Assembly: GCA_017534965.1 (NCBI GenBank) | Contig: JAFXVA010000008.1 | Location: forward strand, 75,409 to 139,408 | Direction of reading: 5' to 3' | From: Elusimicrobiaceae bacterium | Lineage (GTDB): Bacteria > Elusimicrobiota > Elusimicrobia > Elusimicrobiales > Elusimicrobiaceae | DNA length: 64,000 bases | Shown here: one piece after another, positions 28,438 through 37,565 of the stretch | Position numbering within the stretch: position 1 is the stretch's first letter | Layout: the number at the start of each line of letters is the position of its first letter | Translations under genes and position numbers: made by a program | Notes under the pieces: generated by a model | What the model was told of the DNA's origin: nothing | What the model saw: the letters and a program-made list of their open reading frames with translations, nothing else | Database searches by the model: none

Positions 28438-29229
28438 ATGTTTATTGACTCCCACGCCCATATTAACGACGAGGCTTTTGATAAGGACCGCAAGGATGTG
28501 ATTGAAAAAACACTACTTGCCGGTGTTAAAAATATTGTTGAAATTGCCTGCGAAGAACCAGAGTGGCAACAAGCTGTTGATTTGTGTTCCCAATACCCTG
28601 ATGTTTTTTGCGCTGTCTGTGGTATCCACCCGATTTATGCTTCAGCTAGAACAGAAGAACAAATAAAAAAATTAAAAGAGTTTTTAAAAAACCCTATTTT
28701 TAGAGCTGTTGGCGAAATAGGGCTTGATTATGCCTGGCTAAATTCAAGCACGGAAAAACAGCAACAAGATGTCTTTGAAGAAATGTTAGAAATTTCTAAA
28801 GAAGTAAATAAACCCGTTGTTTTGCATTGCCGTAAAACAAATGCTCCCGATGATTTTAAGGCCTATGAAGATTTGTTTAGCATAATGAAAAACCACGACG
28901 CACAAGGCGGAATTTTCCATTGTTTCAGCGCAAGATATGAAGACGCCAAACGAGCTTTGGATAGAGGTTTCTTGCTCGGATTAAACGGCGTGATAAGTTA
29001 TAAAAGAAATAATGATTTAAGAGATGTTATTAAAAAAATCGGTATAGAACATTTTGTTTTGGAAACTGACTGCCCTTACCTTCCGCCGCAAACAAAAAGA
29101 GGGCAAAGAAATTCCCCCCAGAACATCCCCGAAATTGGTGAATTTCTTGCAAATTTATTAAATATTTCTGTTGAAACTTGCGCGCAAATTACAACCCAAA
29201 ACAGCAAGAAGTTTTTTAATTTTAAATAA
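28438..29229 (+). CDS. TatD family metal-dependent hydrolase
   Basis: MFIDSHAHI, EIGLDY, HCR and ETDCPYL motifs. Confidence 0.9.
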   Translation: MFIDSHAHINDEAFDKDRKDVIEKTLLAGVKNIVEIACEEPEWQQAVDLCSQYPDVFCAVCGIHPIYASARTEEQIKKLKEFLKNPIFRAVGEIGLDYAWLNSSTEKQQQDVFEEMLEISKEVNKPVVLHCRKTNAPDDFKAYEDLFSIMKNHDAQGGIFHCFSARYEDAKRALDRGFLLGLNGVISYKRNNDLRDVIKKIGIEHFVLETDCPYLPPQTKRGQRNSPQNIPEIGEFLANLLNISVETCAQITTQNSKKFFNFK

Positions 29230-29244
29230 AATTTTATAAATATT

Positions 29245-29545
29245 TGCTAAAATAATTTTAGCAGAAAAAATTTAGGAGAAAATTTTTAATGTAGGTCTTA
29301 AAAGAGGCCTAAAACAATTTTAAGCATTTTTGGAACCTTGTTTTTTTAGAACAAGGAGAACTTTTGAGAAATCAAAAGAACTAAGCGGTCCAAAAACAGC
29401 TCGTATTTGAGGCACGCAGGAACTTGGCTGATCCCCTTGATTTTGCGTGCCGAGTGTTTGCCGTTCTTATATTACTAAGAGCGGCAAACCACGGCTGTTG
29501 TATTTGGGTGTCCCGCTTAGTGCCCTTATACGACAGCCGTTTTTT
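29245..29545 (+). promoter_or_regulatory. candidate cis-regulatory leader RNA (riboswitch-like attenuator), copy B
   Basis: Same architecture as 12649-12875 with different stem sequences: P1 29380-29388/29513-29521, P2 29395-29401/29493-29499, P3 29411-29418/29444-29451, P4 29456-29463/29482-29489. Terminator 29491-29508/29523-29540 plus T-run. Confidence 0.6.
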
Positions 29546-29585
29546 ATTCGCAGTATTTGTTGCAAGGTTCCATATAGGAGAAATT

Positions 29586-31838
29586 ATGAAAAATGAAACA
29601 ATAAATATTTGTTTTGCAACAGATAATAACTACGCAAAATATATGGGACTTGCGCTAATGTCAATTTTAAAAAGCGCAAATAAAGAAGATAAATTACACT
29701 TTTTTATCTTGGATAATCAAATAAAACAAGAAGAAAAAGACAAAATTGCCACCCTTAAAAAAATAAAAGATTTTGAGATAACTTATATCTCTATAAACGA
29801 TGAGATATTTAAAAATTGCCATGCAAATCAAAAAGGGCTAAGCCTTACTGCTTTTGCCCGCTTTTTAGTGCCTTGGCTTATTGAGGTTGATAAACTGCTT
29901 TATTTAGATTGCGATATTTTTGTTCGCAAATCGCTTGCGCCTTTATTTTCATCCTTGAAAACAGACTTATTTAAGTTAAAAATTAAAATTATCTCTATTT
30001 ATTATTTAGCATTTTTTCTTTTACTTCAATTTTCCAGAATAGCCATTCTTAAAATATCTTCAAATTATTTCCAAGAATTAACAGGAAAAGATATTTTGCT
30101 TTCTTTTTTAAACGGCCTTCGTTTTGATTTTTATATACTTGCTTTGCTGCTGTTTCCTTTATTTATTTTGTTTATGCTACCTTATAAAAAGAAATTTATT
30201 ATAAATATTTTCCATATAGTATTTTCTATATTATTTCTCTGTTGCACCCTGTTTTGCGTTGGCGATATTATCTTTTTTATGTTCTTTAACAATCATATAG
30301 GCATAGAAGTGTTAACAAGTTTTACTCATTTTGGGCTTTTTACGCAGATGGCTTTTCAAAATTATTTTTATATTACTATTCCTTTAATTTTATTTTTCGC
30401 CTTGTATTTATTTTTTGTATTTAAAAAAACAAACTCTTATGAACTAATTGTTAAAAACAATAAAAAATATATTATAAAAAGTTTTGTTTTTATCTTGTGT
30501 CTTATTCTGTTAATGCCTTTAATGTTGCGCGGGAAACTAGAGATTAGAGGTAAAAATCTTGGCACCATGGATGCACAAATTTTGGGTAAAGACAGAACCG
30601 CCGACCTTATTTTAAACGGACCTTTTAATACTTATGAAGCTGTTAGAAAATCTTCCAAAAGAAAATTATATTTTAAAGAAGAAGATTTAAAAATAAAACA
30701 AAATCCCTCTTATAATATACCAGATGAAAATTACCCCTTTGAAAAGAAATTTGTAAATTTTAATTCAAAAAATGATAATTATAATTTTGTTTTACTTGTT
30801 TTGGAAAGTTTTGATCCTCTTTTACTGGAACAATACCCCCAAGATATACCTAATATCATAAAAATAAAGGAAGATGGTTTGTTTTTCTCCAATTTTTATT
30901 CTTCCGGTATGCGTTCTTTGCTGGGAATAACCGGAACAATATTTTCTCTGCCTTATGTATGGGGTATGCCTAATATGACTAATGGGCTTGGGGCAAAAAA
31001 CCTTTCCCGTTTGGCTCATTATTTTAACAATAAAGGGTATGAAACATTTTCTTTTACTACAGATATTGCCAGTGCAGATAAAGCAAATGAAATGGCAAAA
31101 TATCAAGGTTTTAACCAATTTTATGCTAAGGAAGATATCCCCGTAAAAAAGAAATACCCTCTCTTTAATAAAGGTTTTGATTGGGAAGGTTTTGAATTTA
31201 TTTTAGATAAAATAAACAATACAAACAAAAACTTTTTTGTTTACTTTTTTACTTCCAGTATGCACTCGCCTTACAATATTCTTTTAAGTGAAGAACATAA
31301 AAAATATCCGCAAGATACACAAGAACATCAATTTGTAAACAGAGCAATTTATGTTGATAGTTCTATAGGTAATTTCTTTGAAAAAGCAAAAAAAGAACTT
31401 TGGTTTGATAAAACAATTTTCTTTATTTTGCCGGACCATAGAGCCGTTTTAGCAAATAAAAACAACAGCAATATAAATTTAACCGACCAAAAGTTTAAAT
31501 CTTTTTTAATAATTTATGGCAAGCCTATTAAAGCCGGCATTAATGATAAAATAGCCACACAAGAAGATATTTTGCCTACCTTACTTGATTTATTAAACAC
31601 AGAAGAAAGTTTTGCTTCTTCGGGAGAAAGTCTTTTTGATAAAAACAGAAGCGATACTAAATTTATCTACGAGGAAAACAAAAACACTATTCATATTATA
31701 AGCCCGACAATAAAAGAACATTTTAGCGAAGAAACTCTTACCGATTTTGATAAGTTAACCCCTTTGGAAAAAGAGGCCCTAAAATATAATGAGGCAATTT
31801 ATAATGCCTTAAAAAATAATTCTTGGAAAAAGAAATAA
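29586..31838 (+). CDS. chimeric protein: N-terminal half of a family 8 glycosyltransferase fused to an LtaS/sulfatase-family membrane protein
   Basis: ATG at 29586 after AGGAG. Aa 1-113 are GT8-like (ICFATDNNY, DxD in LYLDCDIFV). From ~aa 124 there are 5 TM segments plus an extracellular sulfatase-type domain. The ORF-track start at 29424 is rejected because it lies in the leader RNA. Confidence 0.75.
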   Translation: MKNETINICFATDNNYAKYMGLALMSILKSANKEDKLHFFILDNQIKQEEKDKIATLKKIKDFEITYISINDEIFKNCHANQKGLSLTAFARFLVPWLIEVDKLLYLDCDIFVRKSLAPLFSSLKTDLFKLKIKIISIYYLAFFLLLQFSRIAILKISSNYFQELTGKDILLSFLNGLRFDFYILALLLFPLFILFMLPYKKKFIINIFHIVFSILFLCCTLFCVGDIIFFMFFNNHIGIEVLTSFTHFGLFTQMAFQNYFYITIPLILFFALYLFFVFKKTNSYELIVKNNKKYIIKSFVFILCLILLMPLMLRGKLEIRGKNLGTMDAQILGKDRTADLILNGPFNTYEAVRKSSKRKLYFKEEDLKIKQNPSYNIPDENYPFEKKFVNFNSKNDNYNFVLLVLESFDPLLLEQYPQDIPNIIKIKEDGLFFSNFYSSGMRSLLGITGTIFSLPYVWGMPNMTNGLGAKNLSRLAHYFNNKGYETFSFTTDIASADKANEMAKYQGFNQFYAKEDIPVKKKYPLFNKGFDWEGFEFILDKINNTNKNFFVYFFTSSMHSPYNILLSEEHKKYPQDTQEHQFVNRAIYVDSSIGNFFEKAKKELWFDKTIFFILPDHRAVLANKNNSNINLTDQKFKSFLIIYGKPIKAGINDKIATQEDILPTLLDLLNTEESFASSGESLFDKNRSDTKFIYEENKNTIHIISPTIKEHFSEETLTDFDKLTPLEKEALKYNEAIYNALKNNSWKKK

Positions 31839-31840
31839 TT

Positions 31841-31876
31841 AAAAACCCCGAACTTTTAAAAAGAACGGGGTTTTTT
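31841..31876. terminator. bidirectional rho-independent terminator
   Basis: AAAACCCCG / CGGGGTTTT hairpin flanked by A- and T-runs, between convergent genes. Confidence 0.7.
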
Positions 31877-31903
31877 ATTGCAAATTTTAACTTTCAAGAA
31901 AAC

Positions 31904-32998
31904 TTATAAAAGTCTATCGTGGAAAGTTTCCTGAGGAACTTCGTCCATTTCTAAAACCTGATAAGGTATGGCGGAAAAATCAATTTGTGTTAAATCAATT
32001 CTTCTGATTGCAGAATTATACATTGTGCGGTAATAAAATGTCGGGTGGGTTAAATCACTTGCTGCTGTCCATTGGGTTGCGCTTGGCATATCTGGTATTT
32101 GTTCGCCAGGGGCAAACTCCGCACCGATTGGCAAATCAAAATTATTTAAGATGTGGAAGGCCTGCGTAATTGCGCCGTATTTATCCTTTGGCATTGGCGC
32201 TGTCTGTGTATAGAAAAAGGCGCGCACAAGACGGGCGGGCGGGGTTAAATCGCCAGGTAAACCAAGCAAATTGGTGCCACCACCAAGAGAAAATAAATTA
32301 ACCTCCCCCATAGTTTTGGCAGGGGTTTGCCCGCCGGTTATGTGGATATAATTATTCAAATTTACCTGGTGCCAGGGAAAACTTGGCGAATTGGTAAAAA
32401 CTCTTAAATTGTTTTCGTAAATATGTCTTTTGCCTTTATTCGTTATTTCCAAGACGACACTTCTGCCTGTATTATCACTAATACGCCAATGGCCTGTTGC
32501 ATAATTGCCGTTTTTATCGGGCTTGCCTATTGGTATAATTTCAATTTTTTCAAGTCCTTTTAAGGCCTCCTCTACGCTTGCAAAATTGGTTAAAATATAA
32601 CGCACCAACTCGCCGTCGCTTACTGATTTTTTTGCGTGCTTTACATTATAAGGTGTAAGACTGCCAAAACCGGCAAAATAGAAAATACCGGCGTTTAAGC
32701 CCTTTTCATTTACGCCTTCGGTAACAAACTCCGGCTCCACGGTGCTGGCACCGACTGCGCCATATTTATTTGTCCAAGTGTGTCCGTTTTTACCTTGTGG
32801 CGTTAGCGCGGTATTTTTGTGTCCGCGTGGCATAATAATAAGTTTGCTGTTTAAATTACCGCCCTTCCATTCAATAGTGCGGGCAAGAACTTTGGTGCCG
32901 TCTGCCGCGGTAATTTGAATACCGGTGCAGGCATTTATGGCTTGTGTGTTTGCTAAAAGCATAAAAGTGCTGATAGCAAGTATTATTATTTTTCTCAT
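31904..32998 (-). CDS. choloylglycine hydrolase family protein (linear amide C-N hydrolase, Ntn-hydrolase)
   Basis: Signal peptide ending in AINA, then CTGIQI (N-terminal nucleophile Cys). 364 aa. Confidence 0.8.
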   Translation of the reverse strand: MRKIIILAISTFMLLANTQAINACTGIQITAADGTKVLARTIEWKGGNLNSKLIIMPRGHKNTALTPQGKNGHTWTNKYGAVGASTVEPEFVTEGVNEKGLNAGIFYFAGFGSLTPYNVKHAKKSVSDGELVRYILTNFASVEEALKGLEKIEIIPIGKPDKNGNYATGHWRISDNTGRSVVLEITNKGKRHIYENNLRVFTNSPSFPWHQVNLNNYIHITGGQTPAKTMGEVNLFSLGGGTNLLGLPGDLTPPARLVRAFFYTQTAPMPKDKYGAITQAFHILNNFDLPIGAEFAPGEQIPDMPSATQWTAASDLTHPTFYYRTMYNSAIRRIDLTQIDFSAIPYQVLEMDEVPQETFHDRLL

Positions 32999-33209
32999 TA
33001 TCCCCCCTAACTTCTTTTAATTAGTTATTACAACAAATAAAGCATAGCAAAAAGTTTTAAATTTGTCTAACTTTTATAATATAGGTCTTTAGCCCCAGAA
33101 CAGAGTAGGCCTAAATTATATCTAAAATAGGCCTTTTGTCCCTTGAGGAACGCATAAACTTATATATAAAATTTTATTAGCAGTAAGGCAGTATAAAAAA
33201 GGAGAAATT

Positions 33210-34136
33210 ATGAAAAAAATAAAAATTCTTATCGGAGCCTTTTTATTAGTTGCTCTTTTTGGTGCAAAAACTTTTGCCCAAACGGATATGAGAAGCTCTA
33301 TCCTAGCTCTAGGTGAAGATATAGGTCAAACCTTATCTAAACAATTAAGTCAAATAAAACAAGAACAAAAACCCACCGGCTTTATAACAAAAATGAATTT
33401 AAAACCTATTTATTTAGGCGATTCTTTTGCTTTTAAATCTTCCGCAGAAACCTTTAAACTTGTTTTACCCGAAAGTCTAAAAAGTTCTCTGTTGCCTGAG
33501 CAAGACACTTGGACAAAAGACGGAATTTATTTTATGATAGAAGCGAAATTTCCTTTTTTATATATAACTGTAAAATCTGATGGCAAAGAGGTGCCGATGG
33601 TGGTTTCCGCCGTCATAAGCGAAGCAAATTTTACAAATTATTCTCAAGAAATGTTGGAAGAAATGAGAAAAGAACTTGCCAACCGCACAGATGTTACTCT
33701 TGAAGAATTTAGCACGAATGCTTTACTTTTAACTTATAAAGTAAACGATAAAGAGTTTAAAAGATATTTAGGCATCTATCAACCTACTTCTTATCTAACA
33801 AAGTTAAACAAAAATGTTACAGAGCAACCTTTAGGCAAAACTTTTACTATAACGAATTATGAAAATAGATTTGCTGTTTCTATCCCCGGGCAATATGAAG
33901 CAACAAGAAAATATTGGGACACAAGAGAATATTTATCTTTTAGATTAGTAAATAGTTTTTATAATGCCGCAACTGATACAACTGACTTAATTCTCTCTAT
34001 TTATAACGACAATCCGCTTGTAAAACAAGTCCCTATTCAAATTACCGAAGAAGATTGCAAAGTGTTTTTAAGTTATAAAATTGATAATACTAATCATATT
34101 AAAACAGACAAAAAACTTATTGCTATAGGGAAATAA
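33210..34136 (+). CDS. hypothetical secreted protein
   Basis: 308 aa with a signal peptide (LLVALFGAKTFAQ) and an AGGAG RBS. No recognised domain. Confidence 0.6.
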   Translation: MKKIKILIGAFLLVALFGAKTFAQTDMRSSILALGEDIGQTLSKQLSQIKQEQKPTGFITKMNLKPIYLGDSFAFKSSAETFKLVLPESLKSSLLPEQDTWTKDGIYFMIEAKFPFLYITVKSDGKEVPMVVSAVISEANFTNYSQEMLEEMRKELANRTDVTLEEFSTNALLLTYKVNDKEFKRYLGIYQPTSYLTKLNKNVTEQPLGKTFTITNYENRFAVSIPGQYEATRKYWDTREYLSFRLVNSFYNAATDTTDLILSIYNDNPLVKQVPIQITEEDCKVFLSYKIDNTNHIKTDKKLIAIGK

Positions 34137-34157
34137 TTCATAACTTCTCTCCAGAAG

Positions 34158-34192
34158 AAAAAACCCTGCTCTTTAAAAGAACAGGGTTTTTT
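34158..34192. terminator. bidirectional rho-independent terminator
   Basis: AAAAAACCCTGCTC / GAACAGGGTTTTTT hairpin between convergent genes. Confidence 0.75.
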
Positions 34193-34216
34193 ATTGCTAA
34201 TATTTTTGTGCCAAAT

Positions 34217-35602
34217 TTAGTTTTGTTTTGCAGCGCGGCGGGCTTTGCGTTTATCAAGGCGTTCTTGCTTGGTTGCGCGCCTTTTATAGCCACCGATCCT
34301 ATCGGGCAAGGTGGAAACTTCTTCGTCAAAACTGCCGTTCCACTCAAATTCCTTACCACAGGCAAGTATTGTTGCGCCTTCGGTAATACCTTCTTTTTGC
34401 AGAGCTTTTTCAAGTCCGAATTTTTTGAAAATTCCGCGCAAGCGTTGCACTGCTTCCGGTTGGGAAAAATTTGTCATAGCAATAAATTCTTCTATCTTTT
34501 TGCCTGTGATTTGAAAAGTATTTTCATCCACTTTAGTTAAAACAAACATCGGTTCTACCATGTGGACTTTTGGCAAAACTTTTTCCTTTTTCTTTGCCAC
34601 CACTACGGGCGCTTTGGAAAGTTCTTTAACAATATTATCCAAAACTTTGTTTATACCTTGCGCGCCGGCAGCGGAAATAAAATAAATTGTTTGGTCTTTA
34701 AATTTCTTTTTTAATTTTTCGTAAATTTCTTGCGCGCCGTCAATATCGCTTTTGTTTATCACTAAAATTTGCGGTTTTTTGGCAAGGTTTTTATCAAAAG
34801 TTTTTAACTCTTTTTGGATAACTTTTATTGATTTTTCGGCGGATAAATCTTCATACCCAAAAGGGTCAACCAAGTGAACAAGAACTCTTGTTCTTTCAAT
34901 ATGTTTTAAAAATTGATGGCCTAGACCTTTGCCAAGACTTGCGCCCTCAATAATACCCGGAATATCCGCCACGACAAAACTTTTGCCTTTGTGGCTTGCG
35001 ATACCAAGATTTGGGTTTAAAGTAGTAAAAGGATAGCCCGCAATTTTCGGGCGCGCGGCGGAAACGGCACTTAAAAAAGTGCTTTTGCCCGCATTAGGAA
35101 AACCGACAAGGCCGACATCTGCAAGCACTTTTAATTCTAAGATAAGAGTTTTTTCTTCGCCGGGTTGGCCGTTTTCGGCAATTCTTGGGGCGGTGTTAAA
35201 ACGGCTTTTGAAACTTTGGTTTCCTCTGCCGCCGCGCCCGCCTTTTGCAATAATAACTTCCTCGCCGGGTTTGGTGAGGTCGGCCAAAATATTGTCGTTT
35301 TCTTTAATAATTGTGCCAAGCGGAACGAGAATAATTTTGTCTTTGCCGTTAAGGCCGGTTTTGTTATAAGTGCCGCCTTTTTCGCCGTTTGGGGCTTCAA
35401 TATGGGGGTTGTAGGCAAGGTCTTGAAGTGTGGTTAAGTTTGGCTCGGCTTTAAAAACAATATCGCCACCACGACCACCACTGCCGCCGTTTGGACCGCC
35501 GAACTCAATAAACTTTTCGCGTCTAAACGAAAGGCAACCATCGCCACCTTTACCGGCTTTGACATAAATTTTAACTCTATCTATAAAGCTGTTTGCTTGC
35601 AT
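34217..35602 (-). CDS. obg: GTPase Obg/CgtA with C-terminal extension domain
   Basis: FIDRVKIYVKAGKGGDGCLSFRREKF Obg fold, with GFPNAGKST and DIPG GTPase motifs. Confidence 0.95.
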   Translation of the reverse strand: MQANSFIDRVKIYVKAGKGGDGCLSFRREKFIEFGGPNGGSGGRGGDIVFKAEPNLTTLQDLAYNPHIEAPNGEKGGTYNKTGLNGKDKIILVPLGTIIKENDNILADLTKPGEEVIIAKGGRGGRGNQSFKSRFNTAPRIAENGQPGEEKTLILELKVLADVGLVGFPNAGKSTFLSAVSAARPKIAGYPFTTLNPNLGIASHKGKSFVVADIPGIIEGASLGKGLGHQFLKHIERTRVLVHLVDPFGYEDLSAEKSIKVIQKELKTFDKNLAKKPQILVINKSDIDGAQEIYEKLKKKFKDQTIYFISAAGAQGINKVLDNIVKELSKAPVVVAKKKEKVLPKVHMVEPMFVLTKVDENTFQITGKKIEEFIAMTNFSQPEAVQRLRGIFKKFGLEKALQKEGITEGATILACGKEFEWNGSFDEEVSTLPDRIGGYKRRATKQERLDKRKARRAAKQN

Positions 35603-35871
35603 ATAGAATATTTTAGCAAATATTTTTTGTTAGGTTTGCCGTATTTCCCTTTAACTCTTGTTTCTTGTAAAAAAATTTTTGTAAAGATTAAAATAATCTC
35701 ACAGAAAAAAACTAAAACCTTGCCCGAAAGAACATTTTTTGATAGAGTATATAAGAATCATTTCCAATGTTTATAAACGGGAAGGTTCTAATTCTTTCAA
35801 TAAGTAGATTCTCCCCCCTCTAAACCCTTGGAATGACGAATGTTATTTTAATCAAAATAAAAGGAAAGTTT

Positions 35872-37491
35872 ATGAAGAATAAAGGTTTTACTCTTATAGA
35901 GATATTAGTAGTTGTTTTAATTTTAGGTATTTTAACAGCTATTGCTTTACCTAAATATCAAACAGCAGTAGATAAATCCTCTTTTGCGGAATTAAATCTT
36001 GCTGCCAGAAATGTATCCCACGCCCAAGAAATTTTTCATTTACAAAATGGATATTACACTACAGATTTAGATGATTTAGCTATAAAACTTCCGGGAGGGG
36101 ACTTCCAACACACCTATGCTACTATAGGAAATCAAGAAGACTACAGCTATGTAAAAACAAGCAGACCAGGGTTAAACAATCATTGTGTATATTACTTTAA
36201 AAACAGCCAAAATTTCCCTGGGGAAATACATTGCGAAGCATTAAAAGATAATGATAGAGCTGCCCGTCTTTGCACAACTTTGGGCGGAGAAAGAATCCCC
36301 GGCAGTTTGACAGATAATTACAACACCTATGTCTTAAACGGATCGGGAAACGGCGTTTCAAGTTCCGTTGCTAATGCTATGAATAGTTTACAATGTTCTG
36401 AAGAGGAAACCAGCGGTAATAAATCTTGCCAAGTAACTAAATATGAAAACTCCTCCGTAAAAACAGTTTGCACTAAAAAGAACGATCCTAATACCTGTAA
36501 GCATTATATTTACGACAAAAATGCTTATACTTGGGAGTGCGACGCCTCTAAAAGTAAATTAGTGGATGGTTCTTGTATCCCTACCGCAACAGGAACCTAT
36601 TTAAAGAGATGGGACGAAGATGGCAACAGAATAGAAATGCAATGCGATAGTTTTGATGCAAATAAAAATGCCTGTTCCCAAATAGCAGAAAGAACTTACA
36701 ATGCTAACAGCACAAAAATAGAAGCAGACAGACGCTACTGCGCAGAATATGATGCAAACGGCGGATGCCTTGCTTATCAACAAAATAAAGGGTATGACTC
36801 CTTTGGCAATCTTAATAATTCAGATAGTGCCAGTTTAATGACTTCTAATGCTCAAGCAGGTTCTTTAGATTATTCAAACTCTACTACTAATTGGACCCAG
36901 GTTAATTGTGCAACAGTAGATAGTGACGGCTCTTGTCTTTCTTATAAAGACGGCTGGTTTACAACAAGTAATTGGGATGAGAATAAAAGAGAAACTTATA
37001 AAGAAATAAAATTCTGTAGCGCTGTAACAGCCGATAGAGAATGTGCTGAAGTTAAAAGCTATACAACTATGGAAGGTTCTTATAACGCTAACGGAAAACT
37101 TAATAATATAAGTGTTCAGGAGTGTAACGCAAAAGATGCTGCCGGCAACTGCACCAGCATTAAATCTTTAAAGAATACGGAATATACTTGGAACGGCCCT
37201 TCTAATAAAGCATCTGCAGAAGTGATTACTCACTGCTCTTCATACGATTCAAGCAATAATTGCACCCAGTATAAACCCGCAACAAGTACCTATAGAACTT
37301 TTACTGACGATTATAAAACGCAAACATCCTTTACACAAGTAACCTGTAATAAATATACAGGAACAAATTGCACCGGCGGTTGGAAAGTTGTTTATACTCC
37401 TATGGTTAACGGCAAAGATGATGTTGCTAATAGGGTAACAATAGATAATTGCAGCAACGTAAACACCACTACCGGCCAATGCGAAGATTAA
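35872..37491 (+). CDS. large pilin-like protein: prepilin-type N-terminus plus a Cys-pair repeat C-terminal region
   Basis: MKNKGFTLIEILVVVLILGILTAIALPKYQ, with ATG at 35872 after AAAGGAAAG. About 11 C-x(7-11)-C units from 36394 onward. Confidence 0.8.
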   Translation: MKNKGFTLIEILVVVLILGILTAIALPKYQTAVDKSSFAELNLAARNVSHAQEIFHLQNGYYTTDLDDLAIKLPGGDFQHTYATIGNQEDYSYVKTSRPGLNNHCVYYFKNSQNFPGEIHCEALKDNDRAARLCTTLGGERIPGSLTDNYNTYVLNGSGNGVSSSVANAMNSLQCSEEETSGNKSCQVTKYENSSVKTVCTKKNDPNTCKHYIYDKNAYTWECDASKSKLVDGSCIPTATGTYLKRWDEDGNRIEMQCDSFDANKNACSQIAERTYNANSTKIEADRRYCAEYDANGGCLAYQQNKGYDSFGNLNNSDSASLMTSNAQAGSLDYSNSTTNWTQVNCATVDSDGSCLSYKDGWFTTSNWDENKRETYKEIKFCSAVTADRECAEVKSYTTMEGSYNANGKLNNISVQECNAKDAAGNCTSIKSLKNTEYTWNGPSNKASAEVITHCSSYDSSNNCTQYKPATSTYRTFTDDYKTQTSFTQVTCNKYTGTNCTGGWKVVYTPMVNGKDDVANRVTIDNCSNVNTTTGQCED

Positions 37492-37511
37492 TTTAAGATA
37501 TTCAGTCAGTA

Positions 37512-37546
37512 AAAATATCCCTTGGTTTTAGCCGAGGGATATTTTA
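37512..37546. terminator. bidirectional rho-independent terminator
   Basis: AAATATCCCT / AGGGATATTT hairpin between convergent genes. Confidence 0.7.
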
Positions 37547-37565
37547 TTTATTATTTCTAGCTTAA

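Noticed and set aside
29424-29585. N-terminal extension of the GT8/LtaS ORF from a non-ATG start at 29424.
   Set aside because: It covers the structured leader and its terminator/T-run. Its composition (Cys/Arg/Trp-rich) is unlike the rest of the protein. A good AGGAG-ATG start exists at 29586.
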